In this document: positions 1 to 12,065 of the stretch, in pieces | Layout: every line of letters begins with the position of its first letter | How positions within the stretch are numbered: the stretch's first letter is position 1 | Assembly (NCBI GenBank): GCA_963514005.1 | Contig: OY740795.1 | Coordinates: 33,294,001 to 33,358,000 of the forward strand | Direction of reading: 5' to 3' | Source of the DNA: Raja brachyura | Taxonomy: Eukaryota | Length of the DNA stretch: 64,000 nucleotides | Program-made: the position numbers and the translations under genes | The notes under the pieces: generated by a model | Database searches by the model: none | The model's input: the letters and a program-made list of their open reading frames with translations, nothing else | Told to the model about the DNA's origin: nothing

Positions 1-29
1 AATGCAATTAAAATGACAGAGCCTGCAGT

Positions 30-260
30 GGTATACAGAGTCTGAAAAGGCACAAAATAGATTTGTCATCAAAAAATGTTATATAGAGCGAGTGGTTAGT
101 ATTGGGAATGTTCTGCCAGTGGAGTTAGATTCATGCATCATTCAAAGTGGAGCCAAATAAGTATTGAAAAATAATGCATTTTAAGGGCTACAATTAAAAA
201 AATGGGGGGGACAGGGGTAAGATGAGACCAGCTGCACTTACACAGAGCTGAATGGCCAAT
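30..260 (+). mobile_element. Old CR1-like LINE 3' end
   Basis: Degenerate CR1 3' motifs (gagtggttagtattgggaatgttctgcc ... gctgaatggcc). Confidence 0.45.
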
Positions 261-490
261 TTAATTACTTGAATTTGAATTTCCCAGCTGCAATAGTGGG
301 ATTCAACCTCTTGGCCCCAAAGCAAATGTCAAAACCTTCAACCATCAACCTAAATACCAGACTTAGGTAGGGCAAATATTTCCACATCCACAATTACAGC
401 ACAATCTTAACTTGCTTGCTCTCAAAGGGGTGCATGTGGGTGGTTACAATTAAGTTCACTCAAAGAGGATCAGTTAACAAATTATGATAA

Positions 491-1235
491 ATTCATTCAA
501 TTCAATTGCCCTTTATGTCATTCAAACATGCAAGTTTTGAACGAAATGTCATTCCTGCAGTCATAACAGCAAAAAAAACCAACACACACAATTAACACAA
601 TTCCACATAAACATCCATCACAGTGAATCTCCAAACACCACCTCACTTTGATGGAAGGCAAAAGTTTTATCTCTTCCCTGTCCTTTCTTCTTCTCCCACA
701 GTCAGGCAGCCAAACTGCAACGTCAAGGCGACCAGGGTTCCGATGTTAAAGCCCCCGGCGGGCATTGGTAAGTCCCACGACCGTTTAAGCCGCGCGGGGC
801 GATGTGAGGCCCTACTCCAGGCCGATTCAAACCCTTCGATTCGGGCGGGGGAAATTGCCATTGCGGGAGCTCCGAAAATCGGTCTCCCACCAGGGACCTG
901 AGAGCTCCCGACTCCATCGTCCACAGGGCCCGCGGCCGAAGCTCCGAAGTCGGGACACAGCCGCAGCGCCACCACAGCTCCGAAGCCAGCTTGCTCCACG
1001 ATGGTGAGCCCGCAGGCTCTACGGCTGGAGCCCTCAGGTCGATTCTGGTTGGAGGCCGCCAGCTCCACGATGTTAGACCCCAACGACAACAGGGACATGA
1101 CAAGGAAATGGTCGCGTCCCCGTTCTCCCCTCCAACATATACACAGCTAAAAATAAACCAAAAACATACTCCCAACAAGACAAAAAGAAAAAAGACAGAC
1201 GGACTGCAGGGAGACACTGCTACAAGGCGCCGCCC
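491..1235 (-). mobile_element. Non-autonomous retroelement with Rex1/L2-type 3' tail and GC-rich body
   Basis: Minus strand begins ggcggcgcc, has a CpG-rich body, and ends atttcgttc...atgacataaagggc + (ttgaa)n. The tail resembles the Rex1-like 3' end at 63720-63800. It explains the ORFs at 623-1269. Confidence 0.65.
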
Positions 1236-1479
1236 CTACAACACGCACGATATTAAGCTGTTCCAGTAACTTACTGAGGATCGAGTGCTATCTCGGACAC
1301 TGAGCCACAATGGTTTCAGAGCACACTTGGTTTGATATCTCTAACTTCAAGTAACCCCCGCATTTACTGACCTCGTTGTTCGTACTGCATCAGCTGCTGT
1401 CAATCCAGTAAGGAAGGAGTGTTTTGAACAGCCGACTACCAGCACACCAAAGCAGTCATTTGAATGCCCTACAACTTAC

Positions 1480-1525
1480 CTGCCAAAGTGCCAAAGAAAC
1501 AATTGCCAATATAGGTAGCCACTTT
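1480..1525 (-). other. Candidate 46-nt internal exon (gene unknown)
   Basis: Minus strand: ttttattcctttgctactttcctctag|AAAGTGGCTACCTATATTGGCAATTGTTTCTTTGGCACTTTGGCAG|gtaagt. All three frames are open; the peptides are not recognised. Confidence 0.3.
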
Positions 1526-3709
1526 CTAGAGGAAAGTAGCAAAGGAATAAAACTCAACTTTGCAGCAACTTGCAACAATCTCAGCACAAGTTTTAAAATC
1601 TATTTCTTCAGCCATTTATTTAAAAATGCATCAATGAAGATACCACAAGCCTAACTTAATGGGAAATGTTGTGGTCCACTTTTATTTGCATTTTTTTCAT
1701 CCACGACCAGACACTCTGCATATACATTGCTGATGCTTTGGTTATTTAATTTTAAACTGAGAATAATGTTGCACAATACAGAAAATTAAGGTTCTGGGAT
1801 TAATTGGCTACTAGTTAAGTTACTCTGCTACTAGTAAAGATTTTTCCTTGTTCTGCAACTGTTTACACGTTACTTAAATATTTTCTGAGAACATCTGAAA
1901 AATCCATTAAGATCTTTGGATAACTACAATCTGCATGAGAATCCACCATGTGTGTTGTATGAAATCAACACCACACAAACTATGCACGCATTTCTATAAT
2001 CCATGCATTTGTTTTAGAGCCAAATGTCCATTGACAAGTAGTTAGGCCATCATCCTGCATTTGCACAAAAAACTTGTAATTACTTCCAGATAGGAAAAGT
2101 CTTCCATGGTGCAAAGGCAGCTCTAAACAACTTTCATAAGTATTTGTCAACTTGCACCAATTATAAGTTAAGCTGCTGATATGGGCCCAGGGTAATTCTA
2201 ACCTGTCCTTTTCCAAATAATTATGAAATAAAAGTAGTTTAACTTTTGGAGGATGCTGTCAATCACCAAAACCATTCAGAACTCAGTGACTTCTGAGACC
2301 CACTTTTCTGTACATTTTGAGAACAGCAGCTGGATTAACTGTGCCAGTTACATTTTCATGTTCAGTGGCTGCAGTGCTTTGAAATTCCCAAGCCACGCCA
2401 AAGGGTGTGAAGCAGCGCAGACGATTGTGAAGTGTCAGGTTTTGCACTTGCACTACAATGAAGTTGAAAATTGCACGGCAATTTCAAATGTGCAACTCCT
2501 GACCCCATTGCTCGCAAACCCACCTCTTAACTAAGGTGATAAGCAATTCTCAACTTCATTTGCACGGGGAGTGGTAGTTTGGACCGGCAGAAATGTATGG
2601 AAAGAACAAGAAATCTGCTAAAATATACACCATTTGGAACAGCTGCAAAACATTGAAGTTTCATTTACACTAAGATTTGTCCTGCAAAGGATTTTCTATA
2701 ACCCATTGCTCTGCTTCCTTCAGACAGTTCTGGAGTGATTCCAAGTTCAAACACAGACAAGTGTTAGATTACAACACCACCTGCACCATCACCACCCTTC
2801 AAAATGTTGCTTACACAGATACAGCAAGGGTGGGGGGGGGGGGGGGGGGGGAGAATTGGAAAAATCATTCAACAATTACCACCTGCCCCATTCCAGTGGC
2901 TTGGACTCGTACCTTTATTGGACATTTCCCCATTAGAATTGATGCTAAATTGTAAGAATCATAACAGTATTAAAACAAATTAGGAAAGAGTAGCAACAAC
3001 TTCAACTAGGCAATAAAATGGCAGTAATTAGATATTTTTCCAAGAATCTCTGGTGCTACCTGCAAGCTCCTGTTGTTTACACTGTTCTTCAGTTCCAACA
3101 AATACTCCCTTAAACTCCCATAAAGAAGCATCTAGTCAACTGTCAATTTAAGCTCTTTTAATGGAGCTTGATCTGACAAGCACTGGTACTGATGGCATAA
3201 AAAAGAATGTTTGCGGAGGACCTCTGTGTTCACCCTTGACCCCTGTCCTGTAGATCACATTAAGCTTGACATTATCTTAGCATCAACTCGGAGAGCATGA
3301 GATAGGAGGTCGGGATCAGGCTAAGGCAACAACTCGGAATTGGAAAGAGCACGAACTTTACAATCAACAGGCAGAAAGTATTAAACAAAACTTCCTGTCT
3401 TCCAACCAAGACATTAAAACATTAGCACGAGAAAAATGATATCCATTGCCCACAAAGCCATAGAAAGATTTAGTTGCTTGCATATGACAAAAAGTACCCT
3501 AGAAGAGCACCTCAAGGTAATACATTGGACAGAGAAGGCCTCAATCCTTCCACAGACAAATAAATGGATTGTCCAGTTGCTCTTGTTGATGTATTGCCTC
3601 AGAAAGTATGTTTTTTTTAATACAAATTAGCCAGTACAAGAAAAGGCAAGCAGCCTTAGACTATCTAATAACCATAAGGTTTTTAAAAAACGGTCTGAAT
3701 ACACAATAT

Positions 3710-3914
3710 CAGGGGTTCCCAACCTTTTTCGTCCCTTTTACCCCAGGCAACTTTAATAGCACATAACAATGTTATTTCACTTATTTCTGAACTAATGATA
3801 AACAGATACTAGTATACCAGAACCAAACAGTCAATGAAAAAAAATGTACAAATCCAGAATCACCAAATTTACCCACCTGGGTAGGCGAAATTTACCCCAG
3901 GTTGGGAACCCTTG
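3710..3914. mobile_element. hAT-like MITE
   Basis: 16-bp TIR caggggttcccaacct / aggttgggaacccttg (15/16). Repeated subterminal tttaccc motifs. The 8-bp flanks cacaatat/cgctaaat match only partly. Confidence 0.75.
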
Positions 3915-5249
3915 CGCTAAATGGTCACAACTTTCAGTTAGTTAGTTAAACAAATTAGACATAATAAGTGTTCTCCAGTTTATCTATCCCAACCTTCAAG
4001 TTTAAAAAAAATCAAGCAAACAAGCTGTTCTAAGGCCCCATTAAAGGAGATATTATTGAGAAAATGTGAATGTGGGTTCCATGGAAGAGTGTATGGTGAA
4101 GGCTGGGGAAGTGCAGAACAGGGGTTCCAGATGCAACAGTAGGGGTCATGAGGGTGCAGGAGGAGGGGACAGACTGGCTAGCAAAAAAGAACGCGAGTGC
4201 CTGTCTGAGGGAGGGTAAGCAAATACACGCATTTGGAGGGATGCAGGAGGTGGTGGGAATGGTTGAGCAGGAAGAGCAAGTTACACATCTATTATTGCAG
4301 TTCTTGTTAAACCTCGTATCACTTCCAAATGAAGAATGCTTTGTGACATCAGGTGCAACACCACAAGGCAGGTCCACACACAATACCTCATACTGGTGAT
4401 GAAAGTCTAGACATACTTGCATGTTTTGCTCTTTATTCATGTTCTTCACAAACTTTAAATGACTGGCCTGAGGCCAATACCTTGTTTACAGTCACAAATG
4501 CGAAGCAGAGCAAATGAAATGTTTTTTTAAAATGCAATTTGACTCCGATTTGACATTTAAACCCACTGAAATGTACTGTACTGAATATAACTTTGTCTAA
4601 AAAGACCATTTCAAAAATTGGAGGACAAGTTATTTTTTGTTTTGAAATACAGACAACTAAAATGATTATAGGACCTATTACAAAAGGATACCAGTAGGCT
4701 TTTAAAAATAAAGGACAAAGGAAACGGAGAAATAATGAATATATTGTATCAACGATGGAGGGGAAGAAGTTAGGAGTTTCAGATTTGAGGCCTGGGGGAA
4801 GAGGAGGCAGGGACAGATGGGGAGTAAGCAGAGAACTAACTGAATGTCAGAGGGATAAAGATAATAAATTCACAACTGACAGGATTTGGCCGCAAAGGGA
4901 TCAATAGTTAGAGAAAGTTTGCAATGTACGAAGATCGCAGGCACAAGCAAAAATGAGTGGAATTATTTTCCTTTGCACAGGATAAATCTGCCTTTGAGAC
5001 AGAGATCATCTTGAGTGAGATCAATTTGCAGAGAACATAAGGAAACAAAACAAACAAACTGGGCCACAAACAGGATAGTGTTCTTTGGAAGCAGTTGTAG
5101 CTCAGGATTTGAGTTGGAAAAATTGAATGAAGGTGGAAGGTTAACAGCGTCTCTAAGGCCAAAACTGCTGATAGACGAAGATGTCAGTGATCAAGCAATG
5201 GCTGTTAATTGAGGCTTCTGAAGGAAGCAGATCAAAAGATAATTCATTC

Positions 5250-5560
5250 TCAAAATGCAGGACACATCCAATCTGTCTAATTACCACCCAATTAGTCTAC
5301 TCTCAATCATCACCAAGGTGATGGCAGATGTCATCAACAGAGCTATCAAACGGCACTTATTCACCAATAATTTGTTCACTGATGCCCAGTCGAGGTTTCA
5401 TGTGGACCACTCAACTCCCAAACTCATCACAGCCTTGATTCAAACATAGATCAATTAGCTGAATTATACAAGCAAGGCCAGGCAAGAGTGTCTGCCCTTG
5501 ACATCAAGACAGCGATTGATCAAGTGTCACACCCAAGAGCCCTGGTATAACCGGTCAACA
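5250..5560 (+). mobile_element. CR1/L2-group LINE reverse transcriptase fragment (5' part)
   Basis: ORF 5255-5449 NYHPISLLSIITKVM...DAQSRF...LITALIQT matches the RT motifs NYRPISLLS / QFGFR. An ALDIK-like motif follows near 5495. Confidence 0.85.
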
Positions 5561-5589
5561 TGCATAAAAGGGGTTAGGGTTAGGGAACA

Positions 5590-6230
5590 ACACCTCAAGG
5601 CTGTGCTCACATCTCTGCTCTACTCTCTCTGCAGCCATGACCGTGTAGCCAGCTCCAATAATGTATTTGAATACACAGATGATACCACCGCATTGGACAA
5701 ACAACGGGTAACAATGTCAGAGTGCAGGAGGGACTGACTGGTTGCATCACGGCCTGGTTTAACACCCAACAATGAAGGATGCTGCAGAAAGTGGTGGACA
5801 TTACCCGGGTCAATCACAGTATTGACTTCCCCGTCCTTGGGGAGATCTACAGGAACCATTGCCTTAAGGCAGAAGCTTATATCAAAGAGCCACACCAGAC
5901 TGGCCTTGCTCTTATCTCATCACTACCACGAGGAAGGTGGTCCAAGAGTCAAAGAACAGTTAACTCCAGGTTTCCATCAGCCATTTGGCGGCTCTGGAAC
6001 CAGCCTACACAACCCTCCCTACCTCAATTATCTATTGTGGACTTTGTTTACGTTGCACTACATACTGTAGTTAACACTACTACAATCAGATTACCTTGTA
6101 TTACTGATCATTTATTGTATTATTTTTATTTATTTGCTGTGTTATGTTAACGTGCCTGTAATGCTTCATCAGGCAAGAAGTGAATTGTTCCATACCTGGA
6201 GCAAGTAAAACAATGAAACACTCTTGATAC
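5590..6230 (+). mobile_element. Decayed Rex1/Babar-like LINE nested in the CR1/L2-group element
   Basis: LYSLCSHD..VASSNNVFEYTDDTT resembles LYSLYTHDC...KFADDTT. C-terminal IKEPH..G.ALISSLP.GR motif, then an AT-rich 3' UTR. Confidence 0.75.
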
Positions 6231-6239
6231 ACCTAGCAC

Positions 6240-7085
6240 AAATGCCCAACCATCTGTATACATCAATGAATTTCATTCTACCATCAATGAATTTCATTCT
6301 ACCATTCTACCAATGAATTTCATTCTACCATCCTTCCTTAGTGGAAGGATTGATCACACAATGTACAATTCACTCCAGACTGAACAAATGAAGTAATCCA
6401 GCAAGACCTATACCACAGGCAGCACAGGATGATTAATGGTAAATAGCATATGTGCCACTGAAGAACCAGGCAAAGACCATCTTCAACTCAATAGTACCAC
6501 AACGAGTCCCCACTAATAATACACTGCTGGTCAACACGGTCAAGAAACTCAGCTGGACAGGCCACACAATACTACAATAACTGGTCACTAGCTGGGACAT
6601 CTGATGGAAGTCTGATGGAATCTGATGGAATATGCTTCGTTATGCAAGTGCTGCTCTAATAACTCAGATAGCTCGACACCATTCACGACAAAGCCGTCTA
6701 TATGACTGGCAGCCTAGTAACTGAATTTTCTGAATTTTCATTCCCACTACCAGGACAGATTATACGATCTACAAAATGCACAGCGATTACTTCAATGGCA
6801 TATCCCAACTCCAAACTTTCTGCCCACCAGAGACAAGATCAGAAAGAACATGGGAACATCAACACCTACAGGCTCCCCACAGCCCTGACGTGGAAATATG
6901 CTATTGTCCCATCACCAACATGAGGTCTAAATCCTGAAATGCCCTTCCCAACACCCTAGTGGTAGTAACTGTAACAGAAGGACTATAGTAGTTGAAGACA
7001 GAGGCTTACCAACACCTTATTGAGGACACTTAGGATTGGGCGGTAAATACTGCCCATTCTAACATTGACCAAGAAATGAAAATTA
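6240..7085 (+). mobile_element. Continuation and 3' end of the CR1/L2-group LINE
   Basis: Degenerate QQDL...W...HKCQAMTI-like codons at 6400-6480. 3' end taggattgggcggtaaatactgccc. Same family as 56590-57405. Confidence 0.65.
6261..6332 (+). repeat. Short tandem repeat, 21-bp unit catcaatgaatttcattctac
   Basis: Two full units plus partial units are visible directly. Confidence 0.9.
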
Positions 7086-8279
7086 ATAGCTAATATTTTC
7101 CTGAGACTTGGGTAAATCAGTTGTGGTTGAAAATGTGTGTCATTTTTCATAGTGACAACATCAATACTTAAACATTTCTAACAATATACTTGAATACCAA
7201 AGAGGGACTGTGGAAACCGGGCGAAGTACAAGCAACCTCAGAAGAACGTGTCTTCAGATTGCTGGAAGGGATATGACCTGGTGAAGCTGCTGTATTCCAA
7301 ACAATGAAGACATTGAATGGAGGAGAAAGATTTGATAGTAGCCATAATAGCTCCACGAGGGATAGGCGCCTCAGTTATTTTCATGTTGGTTTTTGAGAGA
7401 AAATCAAGGCAAACAAAATTACAGGGTAGCTGGCATGGTATGTCAGTAAACAGCACTGCAATTCTTCAATAAAAATCAGAATGTTTATTTACAATAAAAA
7501 TTGATACAAAGAGAATGTTTGCAACAGTCTAGAAACATGGCATGTCGCGCCATCCCACCGTTATACAGTCTAGTGTCTGCTTTTCTCTCTCCGTCCCTTG
7601 TTTTTACCATTCTTATTTCTTTCATTCCACTAAACCATCATTTAGTTTATTAAAAAAACAGTAAGGCTCTATTAAGCGTGGCTTATAAAAGTTCCAAGTT
7701 CATTATTATTTAAAGGAAGAAAAAAAAAATCTGACATTAGTTTCATGCAAATTCCAACTGCAGATTGGTTCTCCCAAAAGTGGCTATAATTACACTGGGA
7801 AAAGAAGAGCATGAACAAAAGCAAGCTGTCTTGTCGTCCGAATGTTTTCTCCCTGAAATTGAAACCACCTCCCATTATGAACAGAGTTGTTGCCTGGAGA
7901 TGAAGCGTTAGACATCCAGTCATGTCCCAATATACTTTTACAGCACGAGAGCACTGGGGGGGGGGATTTAAATTCTTGATTGTGTTAGGCTTCTAAATCA
8001 TTTTACTGTGCTGTGCATACAAAAGTTATCACTAAGTAAATAAAAAAATCTTTAACAATTAACTTGCAGATAATTATGTGCTCCAAGATATTAAAAGCCA
8101 ACAGTTTCAGTGAAAGGGTGCAAAGACAGTTTAAACCTTTTATTCAAAAAATAATTATTTGAAAGAGCTTGCAATAACTACATCTTATTGAAACACCATA
8201 CCCTGTACCGATAGCTCAATGAAAAATTAGTTTGTTTTTCCCTTTAAAGGGGGAATATGCAAGGTTGACAAAGCAGCAC

Positions 8280-8396
8280 TCGACCCAAAACATCACCTTC
8301 ATTCTATCCAGAGATGCCGCCTGTCCCGCTGAGTTATTCCAGCATTTTGTGTCTGTCTTTAGTGTGAACCAGCATCTGCAGTTTCTTCCTACACAG
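8280..8396 (+). mobile_element. Penelope-derived fold-back element, single arm
   Basis: cgacccaaaacatcacc...gctgagttattccagcattttgtgtct...ccagcatctgcagtttcttcctacac is homologous to the pLTR of the PLE at 25151-26111. Confidence 0.8.
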
Positions 8397-10410
8397 AAGA
8401 ACGTGTAGCCTTATAGTCCCAGTTATGTTGACACTTCTCTAAAGTTGACCACAAAGTTCCAAGGAAGTTTTCAACAATCGTGAAATGTAATTTAACATTA
8501 ACCTTCGGTTGAATATTGGAGAAGAGGCTTAATTATGAGCTTATCCGTGTTTAAGTTTGGTTGAAAAGAATCAGAGGGAGCCGAGTGAGGGCGAAAGAGG
8601 AAAGGCATGGAAAATGTGTCATGTTTAGGAAACGTGCTGCGTAAGTCTCTGTGCCAAACCTACTTCATCACTCACCGCTGAACTTTCCCAGGACAATTTT
8701 GACAGCACGAAGGCACAGCCTGCCATGGATCATCTTACCAAGTGCCCCTTCACCACATGACCTTCCAAATTACCCACTGGCTTTGGCTTGACACTAATTG
8801 GTAAGCCCACTGAACCATATCGAGGCAAACAAAGAGACACCTGGAGCTCTGTCAAAACATGCCATCAGTGAAAACTGAACATTATAAATGGACTCCGACC
8901 CGCCCTGAAACAACCTGGGGTAAAATCTGCAAAGAGGGATAAGAAAACTTAGGAGAAAACAAAAGGACCAGAAATGAGAATTTCTAAAATTGCACGTTTA
9001 CAAATTTAATGATTTGAAATTATGTTAGCTCCAAAGCAAAAGAAAGCTATTAAAAAAAGGTTTTCACACACAGATTTTTCTTTTATCCGAGTCTGTGACC
9101 AATAGACTATGATGAAATGGAAAGTTGTCTATAATAAAGTAGCTCTGAATAGACTTTGCAAATGACAGATCACATTTCACTTTAGCAGAAAACTGCAGAC
9201 AAGTAACTGAAAGATGGGATTCCTGGTTTCTGCTATTGTCAGAATGTAGAGTTAAGATTATGGTAGCTTGTTATGCTTGCTTGTTTGGTATTGCTTGAAT
9301 AATAATCTAAACCATTTTAATGCATTGATATTTGCTGCATAACAACATAAACAACGTAATATAAAATGTAGCCTGTACGATTTAGAAAGTGCATGAACAG
9401 CACTCACAAAAGCCGTCATCATAAGATGGAGGTCTAGAAAATAAATCAATTTACTTCCCACATGAGCCAATGCCATTTACTAGGAGCGTCAGTCCAAGGT
9501 CCAGAAGGTGCATGCCTTCATTAACACTGAAATCACACGAAAATGTTAATAATTAACAATAATTCACCTTGCTAAAAATCAATTCCAAATAGCCATTGAA
9601 TTTCAACATTTAGATGGTAAAATTGCAAAGCAAACACCTTCATGGGAAAAAATGAATTTAATATGGGCTTATCCCAATAGCTGGCGAGGTAACTGCTACA
9701 CTGAGTATTAGGCCTTGCTTACAATTCCTACCCACAACGCCTGCCAAATCATTTCCTTGCTTGTGTTTCATAGCAAAGTTCTGAAACTTGAGAGGTACTT
9801 TAGAAAACAAATCGTCCTTGTTAGTTCAGGGCCACAGTCTGGAAGCAGCAGTGTTCCAATCCCTTGCTAATGCTGAGCTAGTGAAATCCAGAAAAGAACC
9901 ACACTCCCCACAAGTGGGGAAGAAAGGGTTTCTCTTCTCAAAATCCCAGAGATCGCTCTTGTGATAACAAACCACTAACCTTGCACTGAAGTATTCATCC
10001 ATGGTGGAAGCAGCATAAAAAACATGCCAATTTAGTCAATCATTTGCTTTCGGATAGAGTCAAAATAGGTAAGACAGACAGTAGGATTTCTGCATGCTGC
10101 TTAAACTCTCAAGCATTCCCAGCAACGTATTATTGAATTGCACTCTCAAATATACATTGCTTGCAGATGGCAGCCAAAACCAAATATAATCTACTCCTTT
10201 TCAATGAAAAGATGCTAAACCTGGACATAGATAATAATTCTTGAATTGTGTGGCAAAATTGCCACATTATACACAGGTATTATGGGGCAATTTTAATGTG
10301 TTTACTGTAACTGCATAACTGAACGAAACATAGAAAATTATTAAGCTGCATGGCAAAAGCAATGAATGGAATTACTGCAGTGTGTGTATATAACAACGGT
10401 CTGGGCTTTA

Positions 10411-10866
10411 AGGGCCTGCCCCACTTAGGTAATTTTTTAGGTGACTGAACCCCACTACAATGTCTACGACAAGCTATAACAACCTACCACCTAGTCGACA
10501 TCAAGCTACGGCAAGCTACCGACAACCCATTAGGACATCCACCTACGACCCTGTCGGCGATAACTGTAGACAATTTAGTCGTTGGTTGACGTAGGTCACC
10601 AATGGAATTCACCAAAGCCAGCACTGGTGACAACCTACGACAGCACCAATATCAGAAGAAGTCAAGCTAAGCTCATTGGCATCAACCCACTGTCGCCAAA
10701 ATTTTTTGAAGATGTTGAAAATCCAGCGACGACCAGAAAAATGCTACGACTCTTTGGGCGATTGAGGAGACTACTCACGACCATATAGGCGACACCCCAG
10801 CGACCATGTGGCGACAGCCTGGTCGCCTGTAGTCACCTAAAAATTAGCCTAAGTAGGACAGGCCCT
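10411..10866. mobile_element. PIF/Harbinger-like MITE (family A)
   Basis: TIR agggcctgccccacttaggtaattttttaggtgact / agtcacctaaaaattagcctaagtaggacaggccct. Flanks TTA/TTT. Interior rich in cgac motifs. Confidence 0.8.
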
Positions 10867-10984
10867 TTTCTGGAGCAATCCAATCAAATGTTTACCTTTG
10901 CTCTCTCCCACCAATGGTCTGCCTTTTTATAGTAAATGTTCAAATATTTTCTTTTTTAAACCACTCTTTTAAGCAGATAATTAC

Positions 10985-11580
10985 TCACGGGTAAAAATAT
11001 AAAGTGGTGACAATCAGCTTAAAACTGACCGCCCTTGGTTCTTTGTCCTCCGTGGTTGAAGGCAGTTTCTCTCTGTTATCCCTATCCAAGCTAGTCATAA
11101 TTTTATACACCTCGACAAAACTTCCTCTAAACATTCTTTCTGCACCAAGATCAACTTCAGCTTCTCTTGTCCATTCTTGCAACTAAAATATCTCTTCCAT
11201 GGACTGTTCACAGTATATGCTCCATGGAATGTTCATCTCTTTTCTGCAATCTCTTAAAGACCTTTTTGTCCTAACGTAGTAATTGGAATTGAAATCAATA
11301 GTCCATTTATGGTTTAACCAGTGTTTTAATAAAAAGTTAAACACAACCTCATAACATTTGTGTTCGATGTATTCATCAAAGCCCGGGATCCACCGTTTAA
11401 TTAACTACCATTTTTTCATCTAGATTTATACTCTGCTTCTTCTATTCCTATGTACCCATTTAAACTACCATTTAGTCCTCTTTTCCTTGCCTTACGCTTC
11501 CTGCCAATGTGCACGACGTTTTACTTTCCAGCGTTAAATTTTAACCGCCAGTATGTGAAATAATCTAAAAACAAATTGAG
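10985..11580 (-). mobile_element. Old CR1 LINE ORF2 3' fragment
   Basis: ORF 10985-11182(-) RGSFVEVYKIMTSLDRDNREKL resembles the CR1 C-terminal RGDLIEVYKIM.G.DRV motif. Confidence 0.75.
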
Positions 11581-11944
11581 TAACGAAAGTTTAATGTCTG
11601 ATGACTTCCTGCCTTGTTGCTAATAATAGCAGCAAATTACCATGCAATAATTAACCTACTTCCCCAATGATAAGCCACTCACACCCAGCACATCAGTAAT
11701 GAGGGTGCAGATCAACTGCTCTCCATATTTTACCCTTGTTCCCTGTAGTTAAAAAAAACTTCAATGGAGTGAATAGACAACTACCCACCTGCCTCCTTTT
11801 TCTATAGATTATTCACATTATCCAATTCTAGTCTCACCTAATGCTAAAAACAAATCCACGATGATTGAAAATAAAAGCTTATTACCATAAATGAACCGCC
11901 CAAGGTTAATGGATTTGTGCCTCTTTAATCAAACAGCATAATGT

Positions 11945-12065
11945 TTAGTGTAGGAAGGAACTACAGATGCTGGTTTACACCGAAGATAGACACGACATGC
12001 TGGAGTAACTCAGCGGGACAGGCAACATCTCTGAAGAGAAGGAATGGGTGATGGTTCGGGATCAT
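11945..12065 (-). mobile_element. Penelope-derived fold-back element, single arm
   Basis: gtgtaggaaggaactacagatgctggtttacaccgaagatagacac...gctggagtaactcagcgggacaggc. Confidence 0.8.

Noticed and set aside
623-1269. Overlapping ORFs of 92-164 aa
   Set aside because: They lie in the GC-rich body of a non-autonomous retroelement and show no protein motif.
4030-4449. 139-aa ORF, possibly a very old Penelope RT relic (LRQALAFFF)
   Set aside because: Similarity is too weak to call and there are no splice signals.
6261-6632. Short repeated units as a CRISPR-like array
   Set aside because: Head-to-tail slippage repeats without unique spacers, in vertebrate DNA.
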